Assembly (NCBI GenBank): GCA_015063855.1
Contig: SVTI01000001.1
Coordinates: 8,017 to 72,016, forward strand
Direction: 5' to 3'
Origin: Oscillospiraceae bacterium
GTDB taxonomy: Bacteria; Bacillota; Clostridia; Oscillospirales; CAG-272
DNA: 64,000 bases
Positions 9,781-19,895 of the stretch are shown here, piece after piece. The position numbers were made by a program, and so were the translations under genes. How positions within the stretch are numbered: the first letter of the stretch is position 1; every line of letters starts with the position of its first letter. The notes beneath the pieces were generated by a model. That model saw only the letters and a program-made list of their open reading frames with translations. It made no database searches and was not told the origin of the DNA.

Positions 9781-11037
9781 TTAGAATATTATAATGATAA
9801 ACTGGGAAACAAGAACTACTGCGATAAGAGCAATAGGATATGTTGCCGCGTAAGCCGCAGCCACGTCCTCTGTGCCTGCAGTACCGATAAGGGTACCGAG
9901 AGCGGGAGTGGATGTCATACCACCGGTAAGAGAACCGAGGTTGTTGAGAAGACTTAATTTGAGTACATACTTCGCAAAGAGGAATCCGAGGATCATAGGA
10001 ACGATAGTCATGATGATACCGTATACGAAGTACATACCGTTGAAATTAGCTACGAAATCGATACCGCCGGGGATACCTGCGCCTACAAGGAAGAGTACAA
10101 GACCAAGCTCACGGAAGAGCTTAAGTGTGGACTCTGCGGGCATAAGGCTTATCTTACCTACTCTACCGAAGTGACCGATAATAAGAGACACAAGGAGACA
10201 GCCGCCTGTAGTGGTAAGAGAGAAGCAGGTACCGGTAAGACCATCACCGGAAAGGGGAATCTTAACCTTACCGATAAATGTACCAAGGATCGCAGCAATA
10301 GAGAATGCCGCAATTCCCATATGGTCGAGATGGAAGAGCTTGAAGTTCTTCTTTTTTTCATCTTCCTTTACCTTGATAGCGATCTTTGCTCTCTCCTCTT
10401 CCATATTAGCCTTTGTAAGCTTAGGAATAAGCTGTACGAAGAGAACAACACCGATAACACCGAAAATATATGCAATACCGTGACCAACGGATACAAGACT
10501 CTGATACTCCTCCGCTACAGTTGCCTTCGCAGCGCTGAATGCGGGAGTTGAGGTAAGAGAACCGGAAAGAAGACCGACGATCATTGCAACAAAGCCATCG
10601 ATATCCTTAATAGTATCTGCACCGTAGCCAAACACATGCTCACCGAGAAGTACACAACCCACAGCCGCAAGACCGCCTGCAAGGATTATGATAAGGCCGA
10701 GAAGCACGTAGCTCTTGAAGTTTTTCTTCATATTTGCAAAGAACTTAGGACCTGCAATAAAGCCTACACTTGTTACAAAGAGGATAAGACCGAGACTCTC
10801 TGTGAGCTCAAGCCAATGTCCCCAGTTCGCCGTTGTCTCAGAAGAAATAACGGGTGCCTCACCGGCGCAGAAAAGTGCGCCGAAGAGGAGTGCGATTATA
10901 AATACGCCTGCATCACCGAGGGCAACACCCTTAACAGTGATTCTGCCGAGAGCATATCCTGCAAAGAGAACTGCAAATACGCAGAACAGGAAGAAGGATA
11001 CTCCTGTTACGGGAATAACACCGCCGAATAATTCCAT
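9781..11037 (-). CDS. Permease of the AspT/YidE/YbjL (AAEx) type, without the central TrkA-C domains; candidate C4-dicarboxylate (succinate) exporter
   Basis: 418 aa with two hydrophobic halves and a charged central loop (KANMEEERAKIAIKVKEDEKKK). Family assignment rests on sequence resemblance recalled from memory only. It is the last gene of the operon. Confidence 0.45.
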   Translation of the reverse strand: MELFGGVIPVTGVSFFLFCVFAVLFAGYALGRITVKGVALGDAGVFIIALLFGALFCAGEAPVISSETTANWGHWLELTESLGLILFVTSVGFIAGPKFFANMKKNFKSYVLLGLIIILAGGLAAVGCVLLGEHVFGYGADTIKDIDGFVAMIVGLLSGSLTSTPAFSAAKATVAEEYQSLVSVGHGIAYIFGVIGVVLFVQLIPKLTKANMEEERAKIAIKVKEDEKKKNFKLFHLDHMGIAAFSIAAILGTFIGKVKIPLSGDGLTGTCFSLTTTGGCLLVSLIIGHFGRVGKISLMPAESTLKLFRELGLVLFLVGAGIPGGIDFVANFNGMYFVYGIIMTIVPMILGFLFAKYVLKLSLLNNLGSLTGGMTSTPALGTLIGTAGTEDVAAAYAATYPIALIAVVLVSQFIIIIF

Positions 11038-11055
11038 TGTATGTACGCCCCCCGA

Positions 11056-12660
11056 TTAGATGTTCTTCTGCTTTGTATAGTTAGGAAGAAGCTTGGGAGA
11101 TACAGCATCAGTTTCAACGCCTGCATCCTTAAGCTCTGTCTCGAACTTAGCGATGTGATCAAGAGTAAGAGTACCAACCTCAACATCCTTTGCGGTCTTA
11201 GCAGCGTTAATACCTGCATTACGTCCGAATACGATGATATCGAGGAGGGAGTTACCCATAAGTCTGTTCTTACCGTGGATACCGCCAACAGCCTCACCTG
11301 CAACGAAGAGGTTTTCTACGTTTGTGGTCATACCGTTAACGTTGATATCAAGACCACCGTTCTGATAGTGAAGTGTGGGGAATACGAGGATAGGCTCTTT
11401 ACGGATATCAATACCGTATGCCATATACATTCTCATCATAGCGGGAATTCTCTTTTCAATTGTACCCTCACCGCCGATAGCCTCGATCATGGGAGTATCA
11501 AGCCATACTGCCTTGCCGTTACCTGCTTCAACGCCGTTATCACGGTCAGAGCACTCACGGATAATAGAAGCAGCAGTTACGTCACGGGTCTCAAGGGGAT
11601 GCATAAATACCTTACCGTCCTTATTTACGAGCTTTGCACCGAGAGAACGAACCTTCTCTGTTACAAGAGCACCGAAGATCTGCTCGGGATGAGCAGCACC
11701 GGTAGGATGGTACTGGAGGGTTTCAGCATAAAGGAGCTTAGCACCTGCACGGTAACCTAAAACAAGACCGTCTGCGGTTGCACCGTAGTGGTTGGAGGTG
11801 GGGAAGCCCTGGTAATGCATACGACCTGCACCGCCTGTAGCGATAACAACGGTCTTAGCCTTTGCTACAAGGAGATCCTTTGTTTCCATGTTCATAAGAA
11901 CAGCACCTGCAGCTCTGCCCTTATCGTCGAGGATAAGCTCTATTGCAGATGTGAAATCTACAACGGGAATACCTCTGTTAAGAACCTCGTCACGGAGAGT
12001 TCTCATGATCTCAGCACCGGAATAGTCCTTAGCTGCATGCATACGCTTTCTGGAAGTACCGCCACCGTGAGTTGTAACCATGGTACCGTCAGCTTCCTTA
12101 TCGAATTCAACACCGAGGTTGGAAAGCCACTGGATAGCTTCGGGAGCATCGCAAACGAGCTTTGCAAGAAGATCTCTCTTAGCTGCAAAGTGACCGCCGC
12201 CGAATGCGTCAACAAAGTGGATAGCGGGGGAGTCATTGGGCTTATCTGCCGCCTGGATACCGCCTTCAGCCATCATGGTGTTAGCATCACCCATACGGAG
12301 CTTTGTAACGATCATAACATTAGCGCCTGCCTCATGAGCCTCGATAGCTGCAGATGTACCTGCGCCGCCACCGCCGATAACGAGAACGTCAACGTCATAA
12401 TCGGGTTTTGTAAGATCTACAGAATCAGCAGTGATTCTGGAATGAGCCTCGAGCATTGCACAAAGCTCATGGGGTACCTTATCGCCCTTATTGGGACCTA
12501 CCTTGAGAGTAGAGAACTGATCCTCACGGTAGTCGGGGTGGTATGTTTTAAGAAGGGTCTCCTTCTGCTCTGCAGTCATTCTTGCAGGCTCCATAGCGAT
12601 ATTCTCTGCTCTTGCCGCCGCAACTGCTGCGAGCGATTCCTGATAGTATTCAGAATACAT
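11056..12660 (-). CDS. Fumarate reductase / succinate dehydrogenase-type flavoprotein (soluble, FrdA-like) with a ~95-aa N-terminal extension
   Basis: Motifs: DVLVIGGGGAGTSAAIEA (FAD), QYHPTG, HYQNGG, NRLMGNSLLD. These are family hallmarks of SdhA/FrdA/NadB. Confidence 0.75.
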   Translation of the reverse strand: MYSEYYQESLAAVAAARAENIAMEPARMTAEQKETLLKTYHPDYREDQFSTLKVGPNKGDKVPHELCAMLEAHSRITADSVDLTKPDYDVDVLVIGGGGAGTSAAIEAHEAGANVMIVTKLRMGDANTMMAEGGIQAADKPNDSPAIHFVDAFGGGHFAAKRDLLAKLVCDAPEAIQWLSNLGVEFDKEADGTMVTTHGGGTSRKRMHAAKDYSGAEIMRTLRDEVLNRGIPVVDFTSAIELILDDKGRAAGAVLMNMETKDLLVAKAKTVVIATGGAGRMHYQGFPTSNHYGATADGLVLGYRAGAKLLYAETLQYHPTGAAHPEQIFGALVTEKVRSLGAKLVNKDGKVFMHPLETRDVTAASIIRECSDRDNGVEAGNGKAVWLDTPMIEAIGGEGTIEKRIPAMMRMYMAYGIDIRKEPILVFPTLHYQNGGLDINVNGMTTNVENLFVAGEAVGGIHGKNRLMGNSLLDIIVFGRNAGINAAKTAKDVEVGTLTLDHIAKFETELKDAGVETDAVSPKLLPNYTKQKNI

Positions 12661-12674
12661 TTTCTTTTCCCTCC

Positions 12675-13361
12675 TTATTTCTCTATCTCACGGGTGTTAT
12701 AGAGCTCCTTGAGCTCTTCAATGGGCTTCTGCATAAGTGCTTCGATAAGCTCATTGAAATCACCGTCTTTGATTTCTTTAACTCTGTCTTCAAGGTGTCC
12801 GCATCCGGGAGCGAGGTACTTACCGTTGATACGGCGAGCAAGCATTGCAACCTGGGGATGAGAGATACCTGCAGGACAACGTGAAGAACATACACCGCAC
12901 ATTACACAGTCGAAGGACTCCTCTGCACAAGCCTCGAAATCGCCGCGCTGAGCATATGCGATATACTGCATTACGTTAAGGCTCTGTGTACAAGCCTTGG
13001 TACAAGCGTTACAGCCTACACAAGCATAGATCTCGGGGTAAAGCTGCATCATAACTGTTTCTGTTGTGCTTATCTTTTCGATATCGTAGGGCTGCTTAAC
13101 AAGGGGGAAGAAAGGAAGTGTAGCAATGTACATATTATCTTCAACAGTTGTCTGGCAAGCGAGGCAAGCCTTAAGCTCAGTCTCACCCTTGATACGGTAT
13201 ATGGTAGCGCAGGCACCGCAGAAGCCGTTACGACATCCACAGCCTCGAACGAGCTGGTAACCTGCATACTCCATAGCTGACATAATGGTCAGATTAGAGG
13301 GTACTTCATATTTCTTACCGAAAAGAAAAATATTAACCATCTTTTCCATTTTATTCACCAA
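12675..13361 (-). CDS. FrdB/SdhB-like iron-sulfur subunit (2Fe-2S plus two Cys clusters)
   Basis: Motifs: GCGCRNGFCGACA, CVGCNACTKAC, CVMCGVCSSRCP. The start is uncertain (TTG 13361 or ATG 13349/13340). Confidence 0.7.
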   Translation of the reverse strand: MVNKMEKMVNIFLFGKKYEVPSNLTIMSAMEYAGYQLVRGCGCRNGFCGACATIYRIKGETELKACLACQTTVEDNMYIATLPFFPLVKQPYDIEKISTTETVMMQLYPEIYACVGCNACTKACTQSLNVMQYIAYAQRGDFEACAEESFDCVMCGVCSSRCPAGISHPQVAMLARRINGKYLAPGCGHLEDRVKEIKDGDFNELIEALMQKPIEELKELYNTREIEK

Positions 13362-13374
13362 TCTTTCTCTTCAA

Positions 13375-14205
13375 TTAATATTCGTCAGGCAATTCGTCTA
13401 TTTCGTCAAAGCGGAATACGGGTCCATCCTTACATACGTACTTGGAACCAACGTTACATCTTCCGCACTTACCAACACCGCACTTCATACGAAGCTCGAG
13501 AGTGGTATAAACCTGTGTGGTCTCAAATCCAAGGCTGCGAAGACCTTCAAGGGTAAACTTGATCATGATGGGAGGACCGCAGAGAACCGCGATTCTGTCT
13601 GTATCAAAGCCAAGCTCCTTTACGTAGTTGGGCACGAAACCAACGTGTCCGTCCCATTCGGGCTGTTCACGGTCAATGGTCAAATGAACGTCAACATTTG
13701 TGTCCTTTGTCCATTCCTCGATGATCTCCTTGTAGTCAAGGAGGTCTTCCTTACTTCTGGAACCGTAAACTATATCTATCTTGCCGTAACGGTCACGGTA
13801 GTGACGGCAATAGTTAATTACAGAGCGAAGAGGTGCAAGACCAACACCGCCTGCGATAAAGAGCATGTTCTTACCTGCAAACACATCGTCTACAGGGAAG
13901 GGATTACCGTAGGGACCGCGGATGGTGATCTGCTGACCAACCTCTGCAGCATGGAGCCATTCGGTAACGCAACCGCACTTCTTAATGGAAAATTCCATAA
14001 ACTCCTCGTTTGTGGGAGAGCTTGTTATAGAGAACATAGCCTCACCAACACCGGGGATGGAGAGCATAGCACACTGTCCGGGGCGGTGGTCAAATGCCTT
14101 TTTGCCGTCGGGAGTTACTACGCGGAATGTCTTTATATCGGGTGTATCAATACGAACGTCTGTGATGACACCGATCTTAGGGATCAAGGTCTCTTCTCTG
14201 TTCAT
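13375..14205 (-). CDS. FlxA-like FAD/NAD(P)-binding oxidoreductase with C-terminal 2Fe-2S (PyrK / sulfhydrogenase-gamma / AsrB type)
   Basis: Start trimmed to MNREETLIPKIG (ATGA overlap with the upstream stop). C-terminal motif: CGVGKCGRCNVGSKYVCKDGPVF. Confidence 0.7.
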   Translation of the reverse strand: MNREETLIPKIGVITDVRIDTPDIKTFRVVTPDGKKAFDHRPGQCAMLSIPGVGEAMFSITSSPTNEEFMEFSIKKCGCVTEWLHAAEVGQQITIRGPYGNPFPVDDVFAGKNMLFIAGGVGLAPLRSVINYCRHYRDRYGKIDIVYGSRSKEDLLDYKEIIEEWTKDTNVDVHLTIDREQPEWDGHVGFVPNYVKELGFDTDRIAVLCGPPIMIKFTLEGLRSLGFETTQVYTTLELRMKCGVGKCGRCNVGSKYVCKDGPVFRFDEIDELPDEY

Positions 14206-15227
14206 TTCTTTTCCCCTCCGATCTTCTTCATTACTTTTGCAATATTCATTGAAATGGGACACTTTGCAAGGCATCTGCCGCATCCTACACAGCTGTAAAG
14301 ACCGTTGTTATTTTCAGGATAATATACAAGCTTGTGCATAAAGCGCTGACGGAAACGTTCCTTCTGAGTAAGACGGTTGTTACCGTGAGCCATCTTTGTA
14401 AATTCGGAATACATGCAGGAATCCCAGCATCTGTATCTGATGATACCGTTACCGGTATCAAAATCCTTGATGTCATAGCACTGACAGGTAGGACATACGA
14501 AGGTACATGTACCGCAACCAAGACAGGTCTGGCTCATTTCATCCCATGCGGGATCGTTGAAGAGCTCCATGGTCTTGCCTGCGCCAAAACCGTCGGTTGT
14601 AAGGTCAGCCAAGGGAAGCTTCTTCATGATAGAAGCAGTCTTTTCCTTCTGTGCATCTACTTCAGCAACGTCACCATCCTCAGTAAGTGCGGAGATAGAA
14701 GCAAGGAGCTTTTCACCCTTCTCGGTGTTCGCCTGCCAGAAGAGCTCGGTTTCTGTCTTCCATACGGAAATATCACCTGCGGGATTTGTGCAGTCGATAT
14801 CGAAAGTAGTACAGAAGCAGGTCTCGGAGGGCTTTGTACAAGCAAGAGCTACGATCACACCGTGCTCGCGTCTGGAAGCGTAGAAGCTGTCTACAGGATC
14901 AACCAGGAACACGCGGTCAAGGATCTCAAAGCTCTTAACGTCACAAGCTCTTACACCGAATATGACGAAATCCTCGGATTCTTTTCTTATATCGGTAAGT
15001 TCGATATTTCTACCTTCAACCTTAAATTCCATAAGGTCTTCGGTCTGGGGAAAGAAGAAGTCCTTGGGGCTTCTTACTGTGTTGAGAGCATTGCTCCACA
15101 CACTTCCCTCCTCCCACTTTGTGAACTTGGCACTGCCGTCATTCTGATCTGTGGGAAGATATAAGGTATTTGCCTTTGCGATCTCGGCAAAGACGAGATT
15201 CATTTTATCAAGAGAACACTTAAGCAT
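14202..15227 (-). CDS. FlxB-like 4Fe-4S protein (AsrA / sulfhydrogenase-beta type)
   Basis: Start trimmed to MLKCSLDK (GGAGGGG RBS). Motifs: CLGCGTCTFVCPTCQC and CVGCGRCLAKCP. Confidence 0.65.
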   Translation of the reverse strand: MLKCSLDKMNLVFAEIAKANTLYLPTDQNDGSAKFTKWEEGSVWSNALNTVRSPKDFFFPQTEDLMEFKVEGRNIELTDIRKESEDFVIFGVRACDVKSFEILDRVFLVDPVDSFYASRREHGVIVALACTKPSETCFCTTFDIDCTNPAGDISVWKTETELFWQANTEKGEKLLASISALTEDGDVAEVDAQKEKTASIMKKLPLADLTTDGFGAGKTMELFNDPAWDEMSQTCLGCGTCTFVCPTCQCYDIKDFDTGNGIIRYRCWDSCMYSEFTKMAHGNNRLTQKERFRQRFMHKLVYYPENNNGLYSCVGCGRCLAKCPISMNIAKVMKKIGGEKK

Positions 15228-16215
15228 CTTCACCCCTCCTATCAAAAACTTCACCGGGCTCGAGGTCCTCGGTTGTATAGTTAACAAGGGGAGCTCTCAT
15301 GCCAACCTCTTCGCCTGCCTGATACTCACCGTAGCATTCGTTCATTTCCTTGATGAACTTACGGTTGAGAAGGTGGAGAGGAATATTCTGAGGACATACT
15401 CTGGAGCATTCGCCGCAGTCGGTACATCTGCCCGCTACGTGGTATGCTCTGATGATATGGAACATCTGCTCCTCAAAGGAGTTTACGGGAGCTTTATTTT
15501 CAACACCGGAATTGGGATTGTTGAATACGCAGGTCTCACAGGTACAAGCGGGACAAGCATCACGACAAGCATTACAACGAATACACTTGGAAAGCTCCTT
15601 CTGCCAGAAAGCAAATCGCTGGTCGGGAGTCATAGCTTCAAGTGCTGCAACCTCATCGAAACGTGCGGAATCGATAACATCGCCTTCCTCACCGATAAGC
15701 TCGTCATAAGCAACGTGCTTCTTGCTCTTACAGTTAAGACATCTTTCGAGAAGAACATCCTTTGCATCTACGAATACTGCTTCGTCGTCGTAAATTGTGG
15801 TAACCTTAAGACCACCTTCAACACACTCAACGCAGGAAATGCCGTCAACCTTAGCCTTAAGCTTATTTACGTCAACCATTCCTTCGCAGGATACACCGAC
15901 AGCATAAACCTTTTCGCGGTCGAAACGGTGCTCGGTGAGAAGCTGATTGAAGCTGTATGTATCGCAGGGCTTTAAGAATACAAGCAGCTTGCCCTCGATA
16001 CGGTCGGTTTTTGCAACGAGGTACTTGGAGAAATTGGAATAACAGAAATCATTCCATACAAAGCCTTCCTTCAACTCTTCCTCGGTCTTGAAGATGTGGG
16101 GAGTAACGTCATAGTCAAACTCACCCTTCTGCCAGCCGAGAACAGAATTTACGGTACCGTCGGAAAGGAGGCTTATCGCTCTGTCGAGGAGAGCGTCACG
16201 GGTTATCTTTTGCAT
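15220..16215 (-). CDS. FlxC-like 4Fe-4S protein
   Basis: Motifs: CIRCNACRDACPACTCETC and CTDCGECSRVCP. It overlaps both neighbouring genes. Confidence 0.65.
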   Translation of the reverse strand: MQKITRDALLDRAISLLSDGTVNSVLGWQKGEFDYDVTPHIFKTEEELKEGFVWNDFCYSNFSKYLVAKTDRIEGKLLVFLKPCDTYSFNQLLTEHRFDREKVYAVGVSCEGMVDVNKLKAKVDGISCVECVEGGLKVTTIYDDEAVFVDAKDVLLERCLNCKSKKHVAYDELIGEEGDVIDSARFDEVAALEAMTPDQRFAFWQKELSKCIRCNACRDACPACTCETCVFNNPNSGVENKAPVNSFEEQMFHIIRAYHVAGRCTDCGECSRVCPQNIPLHLLNRKFIKEMNECYGEYQAGEEVGMRAPLVNYTTEDLEPGEVFDRRGEDA

Positions 16216-16637
16216 CTTAAGTCCTCCAATCTCTTATTTTCGCCGAGAGCTGTTACCTTCTCAACGAAATCATTCATTGTAGCGGCAAACTTTGCACCTT
16301 CTGCCGCAGATACCCATTCAACACGGGTACGCTCTCTTTCAATGCCGAGATAATCAAGCATCGAGAAGAGCATCGCCATACGGCGGCGGGTGTAATAGTT
16401 ACCGGAGGTGTAGTGGCAGTCACCGGGATGACAGCCACAGAGGATCACTCCGTCCGCGCCTCTCTGGAAGGCACGGAGTATAAACATGGGGTTTACACGG
16501 CAGGAGCAGGGTACGCGGATGATCTTAACATCCGCAGGATAGTTAAGACGGTTGTTACCTGCAAGGTCAGCGCCTGCATAGGAACACCAGTTACAACAGA
16601 ATGCCACAATAAGGGGCTTATATTCTTTTACTTGCAT
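16203..16637 (-). CDS. mvhD: MvhD/FlxD-like [2Fe-2S] electron-transfer subunit
   Basis: Start trimmed to MQVKEYKPLIVAFCCNWCSYAGADLAG, a characteristic MvhD motif. It overlaps the hdrA stop. Confidence 0.8.
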   Translation of the reverse strand: MQVKEYKPLIVAFCCNWCSYAGADLAGNNRLNYPADVKIIRVPCSCRVNPMFILRAFQRGADGVILCGCHPGDCHYTSGNYYTRRRMAMLFSMLDYLGIERERTRVEWVSAAEGAKFAATMNDFVEKVTALGENKRLEDLRCKR

Positions 16638-18622
16638 ATTGCATCTACCTCCGCCATGATCTGATCGTTTGCAAAGCCGCGAAGATCCATTGCACCACTG
16701 GGACAAGCTACGGTACAAGCACCGCAACCCTGACATACTGCAGGATTTACAGAGGCTACGCGGCGAATCTTTGTTGTTCTGTCGGGCATACGGAATTCCT
16801 TATCGGAATAGGTGATAGCACCGTAGGGACATACTCTTTCACAGGAAGAACAGCCGTTACACATAAGCTCATTGGAGCTTGCGATACAGGGGTTACCTAC
16901 GAGCTTATCCTTGCAGAGAAGTCCTATAACCTTAGAAGCTGCCGCACCTGCCTGGGATACTGTCTCGGGAATATCCTTGGGACCCTGACAAGCACCGGAA
17001 AGGAATACACCTGCTGTGGGGCTCTCTACAGGACGAAGCTTAGGATGTGCTTCTGTGAAGAAGTCATTTGTATCCATACTTGCGGTGAGCATTGTTGCAA
17101 GAGGTCTTGCAGACTTATCAGGCTCGATAGCCGCTGCCAATACTACGAGATCGGCATCAATATGGAGCTGCTTATTATTTATAAGATCGGAAGCCTGAAC
17201 CTTGAGAACATCACCCTCGGGAACGATCTTACCAACCATACCCTTCACATACTTAACACCGAATTCCTCAACTGCACGGCGGTAGAACTCATCGAAGTTC
17301 TTACCGGGAGTACGTACGTCGATGGTAAATACGGTAACATCGGTATCAGGGTACTTATCTCTTGTAAGCATTGCATGCTTAGCTGTGTACATACAGCAGA
17401 TCTTGGAACAGTATTCCTTACCCTTCTCTGCACAGTTTTCACATCTGGAGCCTACACACTGTACAAATACTATCTTATGGGGATGCTTACCGTCAGAGGG
17501 ACGAAGGAGTTTTCCGGCTGTAGGACCTGCAGCATTTGTAAGTCTCTCGAACTCAAGGGATGTGATAACGTCCTTGGACTGGTTGTAAGCATATTCATCA
17601 AACTTATCAAGGTTGATTACGTTGAAGCCTGTTGCAACTATGATAGCACCGTACTTCTCGGAAACGAACTCGTCCTTCTGAGTATAGTCGATAGCACCTG
17701 CGCCGCAAACCTTGGAGCAGAGTCCGCACTTACCCTTCTTGAGCATTGTACAAGCGCCTGCATCAATGGTAGCAACCTTCGGTACTGCCTGTGCAAAGGG
17801 AATGTAGATAGCAGAGCGGTTATCCATGCCCATATTGAACTCGTTGGGGTTCTTCTTCATGGGGCACTTGTCAACACAGTCACCACAGCCTGTACACTTG
17901 GTCTCGTCAACGAATCTTGCCTTTCTCTTAATGGTAACGTCAAAGTTACCTACGAAACCCTTAACCTCGGTTACCTCACTGTAGGAGAAGATTCTGATCT
18001 TCTCATGCTGAGCAACGTCAACCATCTTGGGAGTGAGGATACAAGCCGCACAGTCGAGGGTGGGGAATGTCTTGTCAAGCTGAGCCATCTTACCGCCAAT
18101 GGTAGGCTTGGTCTCAACAATGTCTACAGGGAAACCTGCATCAGCGATATCAAGTGCAGTCTGAATACCTGCGATACCGCCGCCGATAACAAGAGCTCTC
18201 TTGGTAACGGGGGATTCACCGGGGGTAAGGGGTGTGTTAAGATTTACCTTAGCAACAGCCGCCTTAGCGAGGATGATCGCCTTCTCTGTACCTACAGGCA
18301 TTTCCTTATGTACCCAAGAGCACTGCTCACGGATATTTGCGATCTCTACCATGTAGGGGTTAAGACCTGCAGCTGCTGCAGTCTTGCGGAAGGTTGCCTC
18401 GTGCATACGGGGCGAGCAGGAACAGATAACAAGTCCTGTAAGATTGTGCTCCTTAACAGACTCAATGATCATATTCTGACCTGCCTGAGAGCACATATAC
18501 TGATAATCGGTGGAATAAACTACACCGGGTTCGCTCTTAATTGCTTCGGCAACAGCCTTAACGTCAACAGTACCTGCAATGTTACTGCCGCACCAGCAAA
18601 CAAATACGCCAATTCTCTGCAT
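16628..18622 (-). CDS. hdrA: Heterodisulfide reductase subunit A-like flavoprotein (HdrA)
   Basis: Motifs: VIGGGIAGIQTALDIADAG (FAD) and the HdrA signature CVGSRCENCAEKGKEYCSKICC. It has four ferredoxin-type CxxCxxCxxxCP motifs. Confidence 0.85.
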   Translation of the reverse strand: MQRIGVFVCWCGSNIAGTVDVKAVAEAIKSEPGVVYSTDYQYMCSQAGQNMIIESVKEHNLTGLVICSCSPRMHEATFRKTAAAAGLNPYMVEIANIREQCSWVHKEMPVGTEKAIILAKAAVAKVNLNTPLTPGESPVTKRALVIGGGIAGIQTALDIADAGFPVDIVETKPTIGGKMAQLDKTFPTLDCAACILTPKMVDVAQHEKIRIFSYSEVTEVKGFVGNFDVTIKRKARFVDETKCTGCGDCVDKCPMKKNPNEFNMGMDNRSAIYIPFAQAVPKVATIDAGACTMLKKGKCGLCSKVCGAGAIDYTQKDEFVSEKYGAIIVATGFNVINLDKFDEYAYNQSKDVITSLEFERLTNAAGPTAGKLLRPSDGKHPHKIVFVQCVGSRCENCAEKGKEYCSKICCMYTAKHAMLTRDKYPDTDVTVFTIDVRTPGKNFDEFYRRAVEEFGVKYVKGMVGKIVPEGDVLKVQASDLINNKQLHIDADLVVLAAAIEPDKSARPLATMLTASMDTNDFFTEAHPKLRPVESPTAGVFLSGACQGPKDIPETVSQAGAAASKVIGLLCKDKLVGNPCIASSNELMCNGCSSCERVCPYGAITYSDKEFRMPDRTTKIRRVASVNPAVCQGCGACTVACPSGAMDLRGFANDQIMAEVDAICK

Positions 18623-18635
18623 TGCTTATTCCTCC

Positions 18636-19025
18636 TTACTTTGTGTATTTTCTGAATGCGCTGACGAGAAGCTGCTGAGGAGTTTCATCGTCAACCTTTT
18701 CGGGAATGTCGTTAGGTGTCATATGATTCTTACCCTTCTCACGGATAACCGAAAGTCTTACCGCTTCGATAAGCTTTGCGGGCTCAACGCCTCTGGGGCA
18801 TCTCTCCACACAAGCAAAGCAGGAAAGGCACTTATATACCGATTCTGAATCGATAAGGGGCGCAATGTCGCCCGAATCGATCATGCTTGCAAACTGGTGA
18901 GGATGAAATTCCATTTCATCGTATGCAGGGCATGTACCGGAGCACTTACCGCACTTCATGCACTTCTTGGGGTTTACGCCGCTGCGGCGGATTATTTCTT
19001 CGCGAAGGAGATCATTCTTATTCAT
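18636..19025 (-). CDS. hdrC: HdrC-like 2x[4Fe-4S] subunit
   Basis: Start trimmed to MNKNDLLREE (AAGGAGG RBS, ATGAATAA overlap with the hdrB stop). Motifs: CMKCGKCSGTCP and CLSCFACVERCP. Confidence 0.8.
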   Translation of the reverse strand: MNKNDLLREEIIRRSGVNPKKCMKCGKCSGTCPAYDEMEFHPHQFASMIDSGDIAPLIDSESVYKCLSCFACVERCPRGVEPAKLIEAVRLSVIREKGKNHMTPNDIPEKVDDETPQQLLVSAFRKYTK

Positions 19026-19809
19026 TTCCTGCCTCCTTAATACCAAGCGCTTCTGCAAGAAGCTCTGTGAAATAAACTACAGGGATATCCGCACCGTTCT
19101 TTTCAAGATTGTAACGGCAAAGAGGACATGCGGTGATAATCATATCAGCGCCCTGTGCCTTTGCGTTAGCTACAACAGCGTTGCTCTTTTTCTTAGCAAG
19201 CTCGGGACTCTCGAGAGCGATGTAGCCGCCACAGCACTCATTACGCATGCCGTAAACAACGGGGGTAGCACCCATAGCGGAAATAAGCTCTTCCATGATA
19301 GTGGGGTTTTCGGGATCATCCATTCGCATAACCGAATTGGGACGAAGGAGAAGACATCCGTAATATGCGGCGATCTTCTTACCTTTAAGAGAATTAACAA
19401 CCTTCTCCTTAACAGCATCAAATCCGATCTTATCTCTTAACATTTCAAGGTAGTGAAGAACCTCGGTCTCGCCGTTGTAGGGCTCCTCATCTGCCATGTA
19501 TCTGTTTACCTTATCTGCAAACTCCTTATCTGTCTGCATTGCATGGTTTGTCTGCTTGATTACATTGTGACAAGCGGAGCAAACACTTACAAGAGGCTGT
19601 TCCTTGCTTCCTGCATCCTTCAATGCACGAACAGAGGAAAGCTTTGTGGCAATCTCGTCCTTGGAGGTGGTATAAACACCGCCGCAGCACTGCCAATTTT
19701 CGATTTCTTCCAGATCTACACCGAGAAGAGCGGCACACTTGCGAGCGTACTCGTCAAGATCCTTTGCCTTATTCTTCAGGGTACAGCCGGGAAAATAACT
19801 CATTTTCAT
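19018..19809 (-). CDS. hdrB: HdrB-like subunit with two CCG domains
   Basis: The N-terminus MKMSYFPGCTLKNKA is typical. CCG motifs: NWQCCGGVY and NECCGGYIA, plus CSACHNV and CPLCRYN. Confidence 0.85.
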   Translation of the reverse strand: MKMSYFPGCTLKNKAKDLDEYARKCAALLGVDLEEIENWQCCGGVYTTSKDEIATKLSSVRALKDAGSKEQPLVSVCSACHNVIKQTNHAMQTDKEFADKVNRYMADEEPYNGETEVLHYLEMLRDKIGFDAVKEKVVNSLKGKKIAAYYGCLLLRPNSVMRMDDPENPTIMEELISAMGATPVVYGMRNECCGGYIALESPELAKKKSNAVVANAKAQGADMIITACPLCRYNLEKNGADIPVVYFTELLAEALGIKEAGNE

Positions 19810-19895
19810 TGAATTACCTCCGTTTTATACTATATAGGAAAGTGCTTTGCCCTCGGTTGAGGGCTAAGCAAAAATGATTTCTGCAGTTTATACGA

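Noticed and set aside
16638-16736. N-terminal extensions of track ORFs. Affected genes are mvhD, flxA-like, flxB-like, hdrC, the sigma factor, the SLH protein, the GRE, the decarboxylase, the helicase and the DUF1700/DUF4097 genes.
   Set aside because: In each case an internal ATG preceded by a good Shine-Dalgarno gives the family-typical N-terminus. The extension overlaps the upstream gene or intergenic signals, so the starts were trimmed.
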